This document shows positions 9,548 through 23,661 of a DNA stretch of 64,000 nt, one piece after another. The DNA lies in the NCBI RefSeq assembly GCF_937934665.1, contig NZ_CALGYW010000064.1, positions 25,256-89,255 on the forward strand, in the 5' to 3' direction. Source of the DNA: an uncultured Anaerococcus sp. GTDB lineage: Bacteria > Bacillota > Clostridia > Tissierellales > Peptoniphilaceae. A program made the position numbers and the translations under genes. A model generated the notes under the pieces. That model made no database searches and was not told where the DNA came from. It saw only the letters and a program-made list of their open reading frames with translations. The stretch's first letter is position 1. Each line of letters begins with the position of its first letter.

Positions 9548-10549
9548 ATGACAGAAGTTAATAACATAAATGATAAGAGCGATGAGATAATAGAAGTAAA
9601 TTCAGGAGTGGAAGAAAAAACCATAAAGCTTCATAAGGTTGTAGAAAATTTGGGGCTAGAAATTATAAGCCAATCTACAGATTATTATGAAATTGACCTA
9701 GAGAATGCAGATGTTAATAGGCCAGGTCTTCAGTTTACTGGATACATGGAAGAATTTCCTTATAAGAGGCTTCAGGTTATTGGCTCTGTAGAGTTTAATT
9801 ACCTAACAAGTCTTGATAGCAAGATGCAGTATGAGAGGTTTAGGGGGATTTTATCCTATGACATACCTGCGGTTATTTTTTCTTATAATAGGGAATTAAA
9901 TAATGATATAGTGGACTTGGCTAGGTATTATAATATCACTCTTTTAAGATCTCCTGCCAAGACAACAAAATTAATTTCAGATATATCCGACCAACTTGAG
10001 TACCAACTAGCCCCTACTACAAATGTTCACGGTGAACTTCTAGAAGTTTATGGTGTGGGAATATTAATCATGGGTAAGTCTTCTGTTGGTAAGTCAGAAA
10101 CAGCCCTTGAGCTTGTTTCAAGGGGGCACAGGCTTGTTGCAGATGATATGGTTGATATAACTGCTATAGATAAAAAAATAATAGGGGAGGCCCCAGAAAA
10201 TATTAGGCACTTTATGGAACTTAGGGGTCTTGGTATTATAAATGTACGTAGGCTTTATGGTTCGGGTGCTATTAAGTTACAAAGTGAGGTTGACTTGGTA
10301 ATAGAGCTTGAACAGTGGAAGGATGATTATGAATACGATAGGCTTGGTATAGATGAGCACTATATTGAGCTTTTAGGCATAAAACTTCCACACTTGGTTG
10401 TGCCAGTTAGGGCAGGTAGAAATTTAAGCTTAATCATAGAAGTAGCAGCGATGAACCAAAGAGAAAAGGCCTTTGGTTACAATGCAGCTAAGGTTATGAC
10501 TGATAGCATTTTCCACTCAGAAAGACTAGATGATAATATAGAAAAATAG
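9548..10549 (+). CDS. hprK: HPr(Ser) kinase/phosphorylase
   Basis: NRPGLQ, VHG, GKSETALEL, GHRLVADD, ELRGLGII, GRNL. Confidence 0.96.
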   Translation: MTEVNNINDKSDEIIEVNSGVEEKTIKLHKVVENLGLEIISQSTDYYEIDLENADVNRPGLQFTGYMEEFPYKRLQVIGSVEFNYLTSLDSKMQYERFRGILSYDIPAVIFSYNRELNNDIVDLARYYNITLLRSPAKTTKLISDISDQLEYQLAPTTNVHGELLEVYGVGILIMGKSSVGKSETALELVSRGHRLVADDMVDITAIDKKIIGEAPENIRHFMELRGLGIINVRRLYGSGAIKLQSEVDLVIELEQWKDDYEYDRLGIDEHYIELLGIKLPHLVVPVRAGRNLSLIIEVAAMNQREKAFGYNAAKVMTDSIFHSERLDDNIEK

Positions 10550-10570
10550 GAGCATGGCTTCTATTTTTTT
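10543..10570 (+). terminator. Intrinsic terminator after hprK
   Basis: AAATAGGAGC/GCTTCTATTT stem with a T-tract. Confidence 0.7.
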
Positions 10571-10674
10571 ATGCATAAATATTTGTCAAGGATAACTTTT
10601 TCCTATATAAAGGTGGAGAGGGAAAACCTCGAATAAAGTTTCTTTTATTTAATAAATATAGAGGAAGGTAAAAA

Positions 10675-14175
<3,501 letters not shown>

Positions 14176-14404
14176 TTTCAAATCCGGAAACAGGCTTAGG
14201 CTTGCTTCTTTTTTTGTTTCTATAATTTATCAAAATAAGGCGTTATTCAATTAAGAGTTGAATGTGAGAATATTTATGCATTTTAGTCCGCTAAATAAAA
14301 GACTTGTTTCCGAGAAATGAATAAACAATAAGGAGTAAAAGACGGGTTGAAATAGATAAAAAATAAATGGTATGAATAAAACATGAAAATATTTTCTTTT
14401 TCTC

Positions 14405-14433
14405 TTGACAAAAATTAAAATTTTATTTATACT
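14405..14433 (+). promoter_or_regulatory. Sigma-A promoter of intact nifJ
   Basis: TTGACA-17 bp-TATACT. Confidence 0.85.
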
Positions 14434-14481
14434 ATTATTAGTGTTAATGATAATTGTTTATAATAATTTTAGGAGGTCTAG

Positions 14482-17400
14482 ATGACAGTTACTAGAGCAA
14501 TGAAGACAATGGATGGTAACACAGCAGCAGCGCACGTATCATATGCGTTTACTGATGTAGCTACTATATATCCAATCACACCTTCTTCACCAATGCCAGA
14601 AAGCGTTGACGTATGGGCAGCAAACGGACGTAAAAACTTATTTGGTCAAGAAGTTAAAGTAAAAGAAATGCAATCAGAAGCAGGTGCAGCAGCAGCTATG
14701 CACGGTTCACTTGCAGCAGGAGCACTAACAAGTACATATACTGCAAGTCAGGGTCTATTATTAATGATTCCTAACATGTATAAAATTGCTGGTGAAAGAT
14801 TACCAGGTGTATTCCACGTATCTGCAAGAACAGTAGCAACACATGCCCTATCAATCTATGGTGACCATTCAGACGTAATGGCAGCAAGACAAACAGGTTG
14901 TGCTATGCTTGTATCTAACTCAGTTCAAGAAGTAATGGACCTATCACCAGTAGCTCACTTAGCTTCTATAGAAGGTAGACTACCATTTATCAATTTCTTT
15001 GATGGATTTAGAACAAGTCACGAAATCCAAAAGGTAGCAGTTTGGGACTACAAAGACCTAGCTCCAATGCTTGACTACGAAGCAGTAGAAGAATTCAAAA
15101 ACCGTTCACTTAACCCAGAAAGACCAAAACACATGGGTACAGCTGAAAAGAATATCTTCTTCCAAAGAACTGAAGCAAGCAACCACGCTTATACAGACAT
15201 TGTTGGTATTGTAGAAAACTACATGAACCAAATCAATGAACTAATCGACACAGACTACAGTCTATTCAACTACTATGGTGCTGATGATGCAGAAAATATC
15301 ATCGTTGCTATGGGTTCAGTTTGTCAAACAGCTAGAGAAACAATCGACGTTCTACTAGAAGAAGGTAGAAAAGTTGGTATGGTAGAAGTTCACTTATTCA
15401 GACCATTCTCTAAAGAACACTTACTAAAAGCAATACCTGCTTCAGTTAAGAAGATAGCTGTTCTTGACAGAACAAAAGAAAAAGGCTCTGTAGGAAGCCC
15501 ACTTTACTTAGATGTTAAAGCAAGCTACTATGATGAAGAAGAAAGACCACTTATAACTGGCGGTATCTTCGGACTTTCATCAAAAGATACAATCCCAGCA
15601 GATATTAAGGCTGTATTTGACAACCTTGACCAAGATGAACCAAAACACGAGTTTACATTATCAATTACTGATGATGTTACTAATAAATCTCTTCCAAGAG
15701 ATGACTTCAAAGTTAGACATGAAGGTACAAGTAGATGTAAATTCTGGGGATTCGGTTCTGATGGTACAGTAGGTGCTAACAAACAAGCTATTAAGATAAT
15801 CGGTGATAACACAGACATGTATGCTCAAGGTTACTTCGATTATGACTCTAAAAAATCAGGTGGTCTAACCGTATCTCACTTAAGATTTGGTGAAGAACCA
15901 ATCCTATCAACATACCTATTAGACGAAGCTGACTTTATTTCATGTTCAAAACAAGCTTACGTTAACCAATATGACCTATTAGCAGGTATTAAAGAAGGCG
16001 GTACATTCCTACTTAATACAGTATGGTCAGAAGAAGAACTTAAAGAACACCTTCCAGCTAAGATGAAGAGAGTTCTTGCTGAAAAGAACGTAAACTTCTA
16101 CATCTTAGATGCAAGCCATATTGCTCAAAATATTGGTCTTGGTGGAAGAACAAACATGATCATGCAATCTGCATTCTTCAACCTAACAAAAGTTATACCA
16201 GTAGAAGATGCTGTTAAATTCCTAAAAGAATCAATAGTTAAATCTTATGGTCACAAGGGTGAAGATATTGTAAACATGAACTATAAAGCAGTAGACAAAG
16301 GTCTTAATGCTCCAGTTAAGGTAGAAGTACCTGCTGAATGGAAAGACGCTGTTGATGAAGTTAAAGAAGAAAAGGAACTTCCAGAATTCATCAAAAGCAT
16401 CGTTAAACCAATGCTTGAACAAAAAGAAGACGATATTCCAGTATCTGCTTTTGAAGGTATTGAAAATGGTGAATTTGAATCAGGTACAACTCAATACGAA
16501 AAGAGAGGTGTAGCTCTTAACGTACCAGAATGGCAAATAGATAATTGTATCCAATGTAACCAATGTTCATACGTTTGTCCACACGCTGTTATCAGACCAT
16601 TCCTAGTAACAGAAGAAGAAAAAGCAAACGCACCAGAAGGCTTTGAAACTAAAAAAGCAATTGGTAAGGGCATGGATGGATACGAATTTAGAATCCAAAT
16701 TTCTCCACTAGACTGTACAGGATGTGGTAACTGTGCTGATGTATGTCCAGCTCCAGAAAAAGCTCTTCTAATGAAACCATTCGAAGAAGAAGTTGAAAAA
16801 GAAAAAGAACACTGGACATATGCTCACGAAGTAGTTGGCTACAAAGAAGATGTTATGGATGATATGACTCTTAAGGGAAGCCAATTTAAACAACCATTAT
16901 TCGAATTCTCTGGCGCATGCGCTGGTTGTGGTGAAACACCTTATGCTAAATTAATCACACAATTATATGGTGATAGAATGTATATAGCTAACGCTACTGG
17001 TTGTTCTTCAATCTGGGGAGCATCTGCACCAGCTATGTCATATACAAAGAACCTTGCATCAGGTAAGGGTCCAGCTTGGGGTAACTCACTATTTGAAGAT
17101 GCTGCAGAATACGGATATGGTATGAAACTTGCAGCTGAAGCAAATACACACCTACTTGAAGATAACATGAACAAGTTCCTAGAACTAGGTCTTGAATCTG
17201 AATATAACGATGCATTTAAAGCATGGTTAGAAGGGAAAGATGATGTAAAGGCTTCTAAAGAAGCTGCAGCAGCTATCTTAAACGTTAAAGAAGAAGTAGA
17301 AGGCGAAGACGCTAATAAATATCTAAACAACATCCTTAAACTAAAAGACTACATGATCAAAAAATCTGTATGGATCTTCGGTGGTGACGGATGGAGCTAC

Positions 17401-18009
17401 GATATCGGATTTGGCGGAGTTGACCACGTACTAGCAAGTGGTGAAAACATCAATATCTTCGTATTCGATACAGAAGTTTACTCAAACACTGGTGGACAAT
17501 CTTCTAAAGCTACACCATTATCAGCAGTAGCACAATTTGCTGCAGCAGGTAAAAAGGTTAGAAAGAAAGACCTTGGTCTAATGATGACTTCTTATGGTTA
17601 TATCTACGTAGCTCAAGTTGCTATGGGTGCTAACCAAAACCAAACTCTAAAAGCTATTAAAGAAGCTGAAAGCTATGATGGACCGTCTATCATAATCGCT
17701 TACGCTCCATGTATTAACCACGGTATCAGAATTGGTATGGGTAAATCACAATACAGAGAAAAACAAGCTGTAGAAGCTGGTTACTGGCACTTATGGAGAT
17801 TTGACCCAAGACTTGCTGACGAGGGCAAAAATCCATTCCAACTTGACTCCAAGGAACCAAAGGAATCCTTTCAAGAATTTATCCAAGGAGAGGTAAGATA
17901 CTCATCACTTAAGAAATCATTCCCAGAAACAGCTGATGAGCTTTACCAAGAAGCTGAAAAAGCTGCTAAGGAAAGATACGAATCTTACAAAAAATTAGCT
18001 AATAAATAA
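14482..18009 (+). CDS. nifJ: Pyruvate:ferredoxin (flavodoxin) oxidoreductase, homodimeric type
   Basis: YPITPSS, GSDGTVGANK, two CxxCxxCxxxCP motifs, GACAGCGE, GGDGW, YSNTGGQ; highly-expressed codon usage. Confidence 0.97.
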   Translation: MTVTRAMKTMDGNTAAAHVSYAFTDVATIYPITPSSPMPESVDVWAANGRKNLFGQEVKVKEMQSEAGAAAAMHGSLAAGALTSTYTASQGLLLMIPNMYKIAGERLPGVFHVSARTVATHALSIYGDHSDVMAARQTGCAMLVSNSVQEVMDLSPVAHLASIEGRLPFINFFDGFRTSHEIQKVAVWDYKDLAPMLDYEAVEEFKNRSLNPERPKHMGTAEKNIFFQRTEASNHAYTDIVGIVENYMNQINELIDTDYSLFNYYGADDAENIIVAMGSVCQTARETIDVLLEEGRKVGMVEVHLFRPFSKEHLLKAIPASVKKIAVLDRTKEKGSVGSPLYLDVKASYYDEEERPLITGGIFGLSSKDTIPADIKAVFDNLDQDEPKHEFTLSITDDVTNKSLPRDDFKVRHEGTSRCKFWGFGSDGTVGANKQAIKIIGDNTDMYAQGYFDYDSKKSGGLTVSHLRFGEEPILSTYLLDEADFISCSKQAYVNQYDLLAGIKEGGTFLLNTVWSEEELKEHLPAKMKRVLAEKNVNFYILDASHIAQNIGLGGRTNMIMQSAFFNLTKVIPVEDAVKFLKESIVKSYGHKGEDIVNMNYKAVDKGLNAPVKVEVPAEWKDAVDEVKEEKELPEFIKSIVKPMLEQKEDDIPVSAFEGIENGEFESGTTQYEKRGVALNVPEWQIDNCIQCNQCSYVCPHAVIRPFLVTEEEKANAPEGFETKKAIGKGMDGYEFRIQISPLDCTGCGNCADVCPAPEKALLMKPFEEEVEKEKEHWTYAHEVVGYKEDVMDDMTLKGSQFKQPLFEFSGACAGCGETPYAKLITQLYGDRMYIANATGCSSIWGASAPAMSYTKNLASGKGPAWGNSLFEDAAEYGYGMKLAAEANTHLLEDNMNKFLELGLESEYNDAFKAWLEGKDDVKASKEAAAAILNVKEEVEGEDANKYLNNILKLKDYMIKKSVWIFGGDGWSYDIGFGGVDHVLASGENINIFVFDTEVYSNTGGQSSKATPLSAVAQFAAAGKKVRKKDLGLMMTSYGYIYVAQVAMGANQNQTLKAIKEAESYDGPSIIIAYAPCINHGIRIGMGKSQYREKQAVEAGYWHLWRFDPRLADEGKNPFQLDSKEPKESFQEFIQGEVRYSSLKKSFPETADELYQEAEKAAKERYESYKKLANK

Positions 18010-18038
18010 AAATATAAGTAGATAAATGTTATAAGCAG

Positions 18039-18071
18039 GAAAAAATCGCCGATAATGGCGATTTTTTCTTT
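18039..18071 (+). terminator. Intrinsic terminator after nifJ
   Basis: GAAAAAATCGCC / GGCGATTTTTTC stem. Confidence 0.9.
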
Positions 18072-18151
18072 GCAAAAATACATAATTTTTATATGAAGTT
18101 TCGATATAATGCCATTATAGGTGTCAATAATTTATCAGCATGACAAAATTA

Positions 18152-18160
18152 TGGTATAAT
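18152..18160 (+). promoter_or_regulatory. Extended -10 promoter element
   Basis: TGGTATAAT upstream of the Asp23 gene. Confidence 0.6.
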
Positions 18161-18203
18161 AAAATAAAATGGATATATACTGTTAATACACTTTGGAGGT
18201 ATT

Positions 18204-18557
18204 ATGACGATCAGATATGTAAATAATTTAGGAAAAATAACAATCGATGATTCTGTAATAGCAAATATTGCTGTAGCAAGTGTTATGCAATCTTATGGGG
18301 TTGTAGGTCTTGCATCCAGATCTGCTAAGGATGGCATATATAAGCTTCTTGGAGTTAACAATATGCAAAGAGGCGTTGAGATTATTAGGAGAGATAACGG
18401 TACAGTAGCAGTCTATATTTCCCTATTTTTAGAATATGGAATAAGAATACCTGTAGTATGTCAAAATATAATCGAAAATGTTAAATATAATATTGAAAAA
18501 TCTTTGAATGTTAATGTTTCAGAAGTAAATATCTATGTTCAAGGAATCAATAGATAG
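18204..18557 (+). CDS. Asp23/Gls24 family protein (YloU-like)
   Basis: GKITIDDSVIANIA...YGVVGLA...VNIYVQG; conserved position before fakA. Confidence 0.9.
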   Translation: MTIRYVNNLGKITIDDSVIANIAVASVMQSYGVVGLASRSAKDGIYKLLGVNNMQRGVEIIRRDNGTVAVYISLFLEYGIRIPVVCQNIIENVKYNIEKSLNVNVSEVNIYVQGINR

Positions 18558-18564
18558 GAGAAAT

Positions 18565-20133
18565 ATGAAAGCAATTGATGCAAGTAAGCTCCAACAAATG
18601 GTCATTGGAGCCTATAAATATTTAGAAGAAAATAAGTCTCTTGTAGACGAATTAAATGTATTCCCAGTTCCAGATGGTGATACTGGTACAAATATGAACA
18701 TGACCATGAAATCTGGTGTTGACAAAGTTAATCAAACAAGTGGTTTAAGCGTTGAAGAAATTGCAAAAGCCTTAAGCCAAGGTACTCTTATGGGGGCCAG
18801 AGGTAACTCAGGTGTTATTTTATCCCAACTAGTAAGGGGTATGTCCAAAGCCCTAAAGGGTAAGGATGAAATAGGGGCAGTGGAGGTAAGAGATACCTTC
18901 AAAAATGCCGCAAAAACTGCCTATAGGGCTGTAATGCAGCCTACAGAAGGTACTATCCTTACTGTTGCTAGAAAGATGGCTGAAAAGGCTGAAGAAGCTT
19001 TTGATGAAGCTAAGGACCTTGATGATTATCTTATGGAAATTATTACTGAGGGTCAAATAGCCCTTGATAATACACCTAAACAGTTACCAGTTCTTAAAGA
19101 AGCTGGAGTAGTAGACTCAGGTGGTCAAGGTTTAATTTTCCTCCTTAGAGGAGCTCTTAATGCTCTTAATGGGGATATAGATAGAGATATAGACCTATCT
19201 TCTAATGAAAATGTGGAAGAAGGATCCTACAAGATAAAATTTGAACTTTTAATAAAAGAAGATGAATTTGAAAATATAAGTGATTCTATAGACTCTCTTT
19301 CTACTAACTTTGATTATGAATTTGACGATGGCCATCTAAAGGCAGAAGCACGTTCAGAGCATCCTCAACAAATTATTTCTAAACTTTTAGTAGATGGTAC
19401 TTTAGCTAAACTAGAAATTGAAAATACAAATCCTGACTTAGAAGTTAGTAAGGTAAAAGGAGAAAATCTCAAAAAATATGGATTTATATCTGTATCTAGG
19501 GGTGAAGGCTTTGATGAAATCTTAAAATCTATGAATATAGATAAGATTATCTCTGGTGGCCAAACTATGAACCCATCTACAGAAGATATTTATAAAAATA
19601 TTGAAGAAGTAAATGCAGAAAATATTATTATATTCCCTAATAATAAAAATATAATTATGTCTTCTAAACAAGCTTGTGAATTAACTGATAAAAATGCCAT
19701 GGTTTTAGAAACAAGGTCAATACCAGAAACTTTCACAGCCATGCTAGAATTTGACGAAGATAAGGATATTGAAGAAAATATCGAAAATATGGCAGAATCT
19801 ATAGAAGATATGCACACAGTAGAAGTATCTATTTCTATAAGGGACACTAGTGTAAATAATATCGAAATAAAAAAAGATGATTATATCGGTATCCTAGATG
19901 GAGATATTGTTGCAACAAGGTCAAATATAGAAGAGACAGCTAAACAAGCAATTAAGAATGCCATCGATGAGGATGATGATATATCCTTAGTAACCATATA
20001 CTATGGTGAGAAAGCTGATAAGAGAAGGGCAAAAGATCTTGTCAAAAAACTTTCTAAGGAATTTAAAGATATAGATGTTGAGCTAGTTTACGGCGGCCAG
20101 CCAGTATATTATTACCAAGCCACCCTTGAGTAA
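18565..20133 (+). CDS. fakA: DAK2-domain fatty acid kinase subunit FakA (YloV) homolog
   Basis: LNVFPVPDGDTGTNM, GARGNSGVILSQ, VVDSGG, GGQTMNPS, GGQPVY; SD AGGAG before ATG 18565. Confidence 0.9.
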   Translation: MKAIDASKLQQMVIGAYKYLEENKSLVDELNVFPVPDGDTGTNMNMTMKSGVDKVNQTSGLSVEEIAKALSQGTLMGARGNSGVILSQLVRGMSKALKGKDEIGAVEVRDTFKNAAKTAYRAVMQPTEGTILTVARKMAEKAEEAFDEAKDLDDYLMEIITEGQIALDNTPKQLPVLKEAGVVDSGGQGLIFLLRGALNALNGDIDRDIDLSSNENVEEGSYKIKFELLIKEDEFENISDSIDSLSTNFDYEFDDGHLKAEARSEHPQQIISKLLVDGTLAKLEIENTNPDLEVSKVKGENLKKYGFISVSRGEGFDEILKSMNIDKIISGGQTMNPSTEDIYKNIEEVNAENIIIFPNNKNIIMSSKQACELTDKNAMVLETRSIPETFTAMLEFDEDKDIEENIENMAESIEDMHTVEVSISIRDTSVNNIEIKKDDYIGILDGDIVATRSNIEETAKQAIKNAIDEDDDISLVTIYYGEKADKRRAKDLVKKLSKEFKDIDVELVYGGQPVYYYQATLE

Positions 20134-22117
20134 AGAAGTAACAAGTTTAAAGGGTATTGGCCCTAAAAAAGCCAAGGCCCTGGCTAAGCTTGATATTTAT
20201 ACAACTAGTGATTTATATTCCTATTATCCAAGAGAATACGAAGATAGGAGAGTTAAGGCTACCGTCTTAAAAGCTAAGGCATCTAGGTCTTATTATTTTG
20301 AGTGGAAGGCTATATCTAAAGCCTATGTTAAAAGACTAAAAAACATGACTATATCTTATATGTACTTTGCCGAAGGTAATTTTAAGAAAATCAGGGTTGT
20401 TTGGTTTAATGACAGATTTTCTATAAGAAAGATTAAGCTAAATAAGACATATAAGTTTTATACTAAGGTTAGTTATAAAAATGGATTTTATGAAGCAGTT
20501 AACCCTACATTTGAAAGTCTAGATGGGGATACAATAGGTGGAATTTATTCTATTTATCCTCTAACAGCAGGTATTAGTCAAAAAAACCTATCATCTTTTA
20601 TAAAAGAGGCTCTAAAAGATTTTGACCCTAGGGAAGAAATACTAGCTAGTGACATAAAGGATAAGTTTGCTCTTATGGATAGGGAAAAGGCCCTAAGAGT
20701 GATTCATTTTCCTAGGGATATCGATACCTTATTTAAGGCCAAGGCTGATATTAAGATAGGAGACTTATTAAAAGAGTTAATTTTTTTAGATTATGTTGGT
20801 AGAATTAAGAGACCTAGGCAAGATATAAGTCTAAGCTATGATCTAGAAGAAATACTAGCGCATCTTGAATTTTCTTTGACTAGATCACAATTAAGATCGC
20901 TTAAAGAAATATTAGAAGATTCGTCTAAAAATATGTCTATGAATAGGCTGTTAATAGGTGACGTTGGATCAGGCAAGACCATAGTAGCTTTTATTGCTAT
21001 GGTAGTTTTTGCCAAAAATTCTTACCAATCAGCAATGATGGTGCCTACAGAAGTCCTCGCTATCCAACAATATGAAAAGTATAAGGAATTTATAGAAAGT
21101 TTTGGTTTTAGCCTGGCACTATTAACAGGGTCTAGTAAAAATAAACTTGATATAAAACAAGGTCTTAAAGATGGCTCCATAGGTATGGTAGTGGGAACCC
21201 ATGCCCTTATCGAGGAAGATGTTATATTTAAGAATTTAAGGTTTGTTATAAATGATGAACAACATAGGTTTGGAGTTAGACAAAGGCAAGAATTTGCAAG
21301 AAAAGGGATAAACACAAATTATCTTACAATGACTGCCACACCCATACCAAGGACCTTAAGTCTTAGGATAAATAAGATGCTAGATCTAAGCGTTATTGAT
21401 GAACTACCCAAGGGTAGGGCAGAAGTTTTTACCGATATTATAAATGAAGATCATCAAGAGATTTTATTTGAAAATATAAAAACCAACTTAGATAGCGATA
21501 GACAGGTATATGTTGTTACGACAAATATAGACGCTGAAGATACTAATTCTGTAGAAAACCTTTATAAAAAATATAAGCAAATTTTTAAAACTTATAAAGT
21601 TGCAAAACTACATGGTAAGCTAAGGGCAAGTGATAAGGAAGAAATTTTAACTAAGTTTAATAACCATGAAATTGATATATTAATCTCAACTACCGTCATA
21701 GAAGTGGGGATAGATGTTGCAAATGCCAATACAATGGTTATTTATAACGCAAATAATTTTGGCCTATCTCAACTTCACCAACTTAGAGGTAGGGTTGGTA
21801 GGGGAGTATATGACTCTTACTGCTATCTTGTTAGCAGGGATACTAATTCCAATAGTAAATTAAAAATTTTAGTAGATTCTAACGATGGTTTTATAATTTC
21901 ACAAAAAGACTATGAATTAAGAGGTGGAGGGAAAATTTTATCCCTTATTCAACATGGTAAGAATCTGTCAGAGATAGAATATTTAAAGATGACCGAAGAA
22001 GAAACAGATAAGACCTTTGAGATTTTCGATTATTTAAAAAAAGATTCATACAAGGGTGTGAACCTTGATTTTATAAGAGATTATTTTGATGAAGATAAGG
22101 ATATTATTTTAAATTAA
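20126..22117 (+). CDS. recG: ATP-dependent DNA helicase RecG
   Basis: GDVGSGKT, DEQHRFGV, TATPIPRT, HQLRGRVGRG. Confidence 0.95.
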   Translation: MSKEVTSLKGIGPKKAKALAKLDIYTTSDLYSYYPREYEDRRVKATVLKAKASRSYYFEWKAISKAYVKRLKNMTISYMYFAEGNFKKIRVVWFNDRFSIRKIKLNKTYKFYTKVSYKNGFYEAVNPTFESLDGDTIGGIYSIYPLTAGISQKNLSSFIKEALKDFDPREEILASDIKDKFALMDREKALRVIHFPRDIDTLFKAKADIKIGDLLKELIFLDYVGRIKRPRQDISLSYDLEEILAHLEFSLTRSQLRSLKEILEDSSKNMSMNRLLIGDVGSGKTIVAFIAMVVFAKNSYQSAMMVPTEVLAIQQYEKYKEFIESFGFSLALLTGSSKNKLDIKQGLKDGSIGMVVGTHALIEEDVIFKNLRFVINDEQHRFGVRQRQEFARKGINTNYLTMTATPIPRTLSLRINKMLDLSVIDELPKGRAEVFTDIINEDHQEILFENIKTNLDSDRQVYVVTTNIDAEDTNSVENLYKKYKQIFKTYKVAKLHGKLRASDKEEILTKFNNHEIDILISTTVIEVGIDVANANTMVIYNANNFGLSQLHQLRGRVGRGVYDSYCYLVSRDTNSNSKLKILVDSNDGFIISQKDYELRGGGKILSLIQHGKNLSEIEYLKMTEEETDKTFEIFDYLKKDSYKGVNLDFIRDYFDEDKDIILN

Positions 22118-22659
22118 TGAAAGTAGTAGCAGGAAAATATAAGGGCTTTAATCTATTAAGTCCTAAGTCAAAAACATCCAGACCAACAGATAACAAGGTA
22201 AAAGAAGCAATATTTGATATGCTTTATCCTTTTAAATACGAATTTAAAGCCTTAGACCTATTTGCAGGAACAGGGCAGATGGGTATTGAGTTTTTATCAA
22301 GGGGAGCAAAAGAAGTTTATTTCAATGAAAAAAACTATTCAAATTTTGCTATCCTTAATAAAAACTTAAATAAGGTTGGCAGAGATGGAGCCATTACATA
22401 TAAAAAAGACTTTATAAGGTGTTTGAAAGATTTATATGGAGAAGATAAAAAATTTGATTATATATTTTTAGACCCACCCTATGAGACGGATTTTATAGAT
22501 AAGGCCCTGTTTTGTATTATAGAATATGATTTATTAAGTGAAGACGGTATAGTTATTACTGAATCAAGTATGGATATAGATTTTTCTGAAAAATATGATT
22601 TACATATTTTAAAAGATAAGTCTTATGGAAGGAAATTTATTAAATTTTATAGAAAATGA
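22117..22659 (+). CDS. rsmD: 16S rRNA m2G966 methyltransferase
   Basis: RPTDNKVKEAIF, LDLFAGTG, DPPY. Confidence 0.93.
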   Translation: MKVVAGKYKGFNLLSPKSKTSRPTDNKVKEAIFDMLYPFKYEFKALDLFAGTGQMGIEFLSRGAKEVYFNEKNYSNFAILNKNLNKVGRDGAITYKKDFIRCLKDLYGEDKKFDYIFLDPPYETDFIDKALFCIIEYDLLSEDGIVITESSMDIDFSEKYDLHILKDKSYGRKFIKFYRK

Positions 22660-23138
22660 AAGTGATTTATCCAGGTAGCTTCGATCCGATTACCCAAGGA
22701 CATATGGATATTATAAAAAGACTAAGAAGTATGTTTGATGAGGTAATCGTAGCTATATTAAACAATGAAAATAAGAGCTCTCTATTTACTGTCGAAGAGA
22801 GAAAAGACATAATAGAAGAAGCAATTGAAGAAGAAAAGTTAACTAACATAACAATTCATTCGTTTGACGGCCTGTTAGTAAATTTTGCCAAAGATATGGA
22901 TGTAAAATTGATAGCTAGAGGCCTAAGAGGAGTGACAGACTATGAGTATGAAAAAAATATTGCAAGGGTCAACTCTACTTTATATGAAGGATTTGAAACA
23001 ATCTTTCTTTTAAGTAATCCTGCATATTCATTTGTAAGCTCAAGTGGTGTTAGAGAGATAGCAGCATTTAAAGGCGATGTATCAGCGTTTGTAAGTCCGA
23101 GCGTTGAGAAGAAAATTAAAGAAAAATTTAATTATTAG
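22656..23138 (+). CDS. coaD: Phosphopantetheine adenylyltransferase
   Basis: YPGSFDPITQGH, RGLR, SSSGVRE. Confidence 0.96.
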   Translation: MKVIYPGSFDPITQGHMDIIKRLRSMFDEVIVAILNNENKSSLFTVEERKDIIEEAIEEEKLTNITIHSFDGLLVNFAKDMDVKLIARGLRGVTDYEYEKNIARVNSTLYEGFETIFLLSNPAYSFVSSSGVREIAAFKGDVSAFVSPSVEKKIKEKFNY

Positions 23139-23146
23139 GAGGAAAA

Positions 23147-23632
23147 ATGGCGAATAAAATTACTGATCTTATTCTTGAGATGGAAGATATAATGGACGAG
23201 GCAAGCTCTGTACCTTTTTCAAAAAAAATTGCTGTAGATCCAGATGAGATTTATGAAATTTTAAATGAGATGAAAGACAACCTACCAGAAGAAATTAAGC
23301 AAGCTCAATGGGTTACAGATGAGAAAGAAAGAATCTTATCTGAAGCAACTAGTGAAGCTGATAGTAGGTTAAGTCAAGTAGAAGGTGAGATTAAAAACTT
23401 CAAAGAGCAAGCTAAAAGTCAGTTCCAAAAAATGGTTAGTGAACATGAGATTACCCAACAAGCTAGAAATGAAGCTGATAAAATTTTACAAGAAGCAGCT
23501 GCTGAAGCTAAGCAAATCAGAAGCCAATCTTACGACTATGTCGATAGATTATTTTCAAGCTCAGCTGAAAACTTTGGTAAACTTGCCCAACAACTTGAGC
23601 AAAATAAAAACAAAATTTTAGAAAATAAATAA
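23147..23632 (+). CDS. Conserved coiled-coil protein downstream of coaD (SepIVA/DivIVA-like)
   Basis: EASSVPFS...LPEEIKQAQWV...ERIL, long coiled coil; conserved synteny after coaD. Confidence 0.65.
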   Translation: MANKITDLILEMEDIMDEASSVPFSKKIAVDPDEIYEILNEMKDNLPEEIKQAQWVTDEKERILSEATSEADSRLSQVEGEIKNFKEQAKSQFQKMVSEHEITQQARNEADKILQEAAAEAKQIRSQSYDYVDRLFSSSAENFGKLAQQLEQNKNKILENK

Positions 23633-23637
23633 AAAAT

Positions 23638-23661
23638 TAGACCTATCAATCGATAGGTCTA
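23638..23661. terminator. Hairpin, probable bidirectional terminator
   Basis: TAGACCTATC / GATAGGTCTA between convergent genes. Confidence 0.7.

Noticed and set aside
10070..10100. HprK Walker A variant GKSSVGKS
   Set aside because: A single substitution with GKS intact; no basis for a functional claim
10612..10645. GGAGAG...CCTCGAA resembling a glycine riboswitch
   Set aside because: Only a small hairpin; too short and missing the remaining conserved elements
14445..14463. Fur-box-like AATGATAAT downstream of the nifJ promoter
   Set aside because: Only one half-site matches, and this is likely by chance in AT-rich DNA
23147..23632. Coiled-coil protein as the missing ATPase subunit G/H
   Set aside because: Its motifs and position fit the conserved coaD-linked coiled-coil family, far from the ATPase operon
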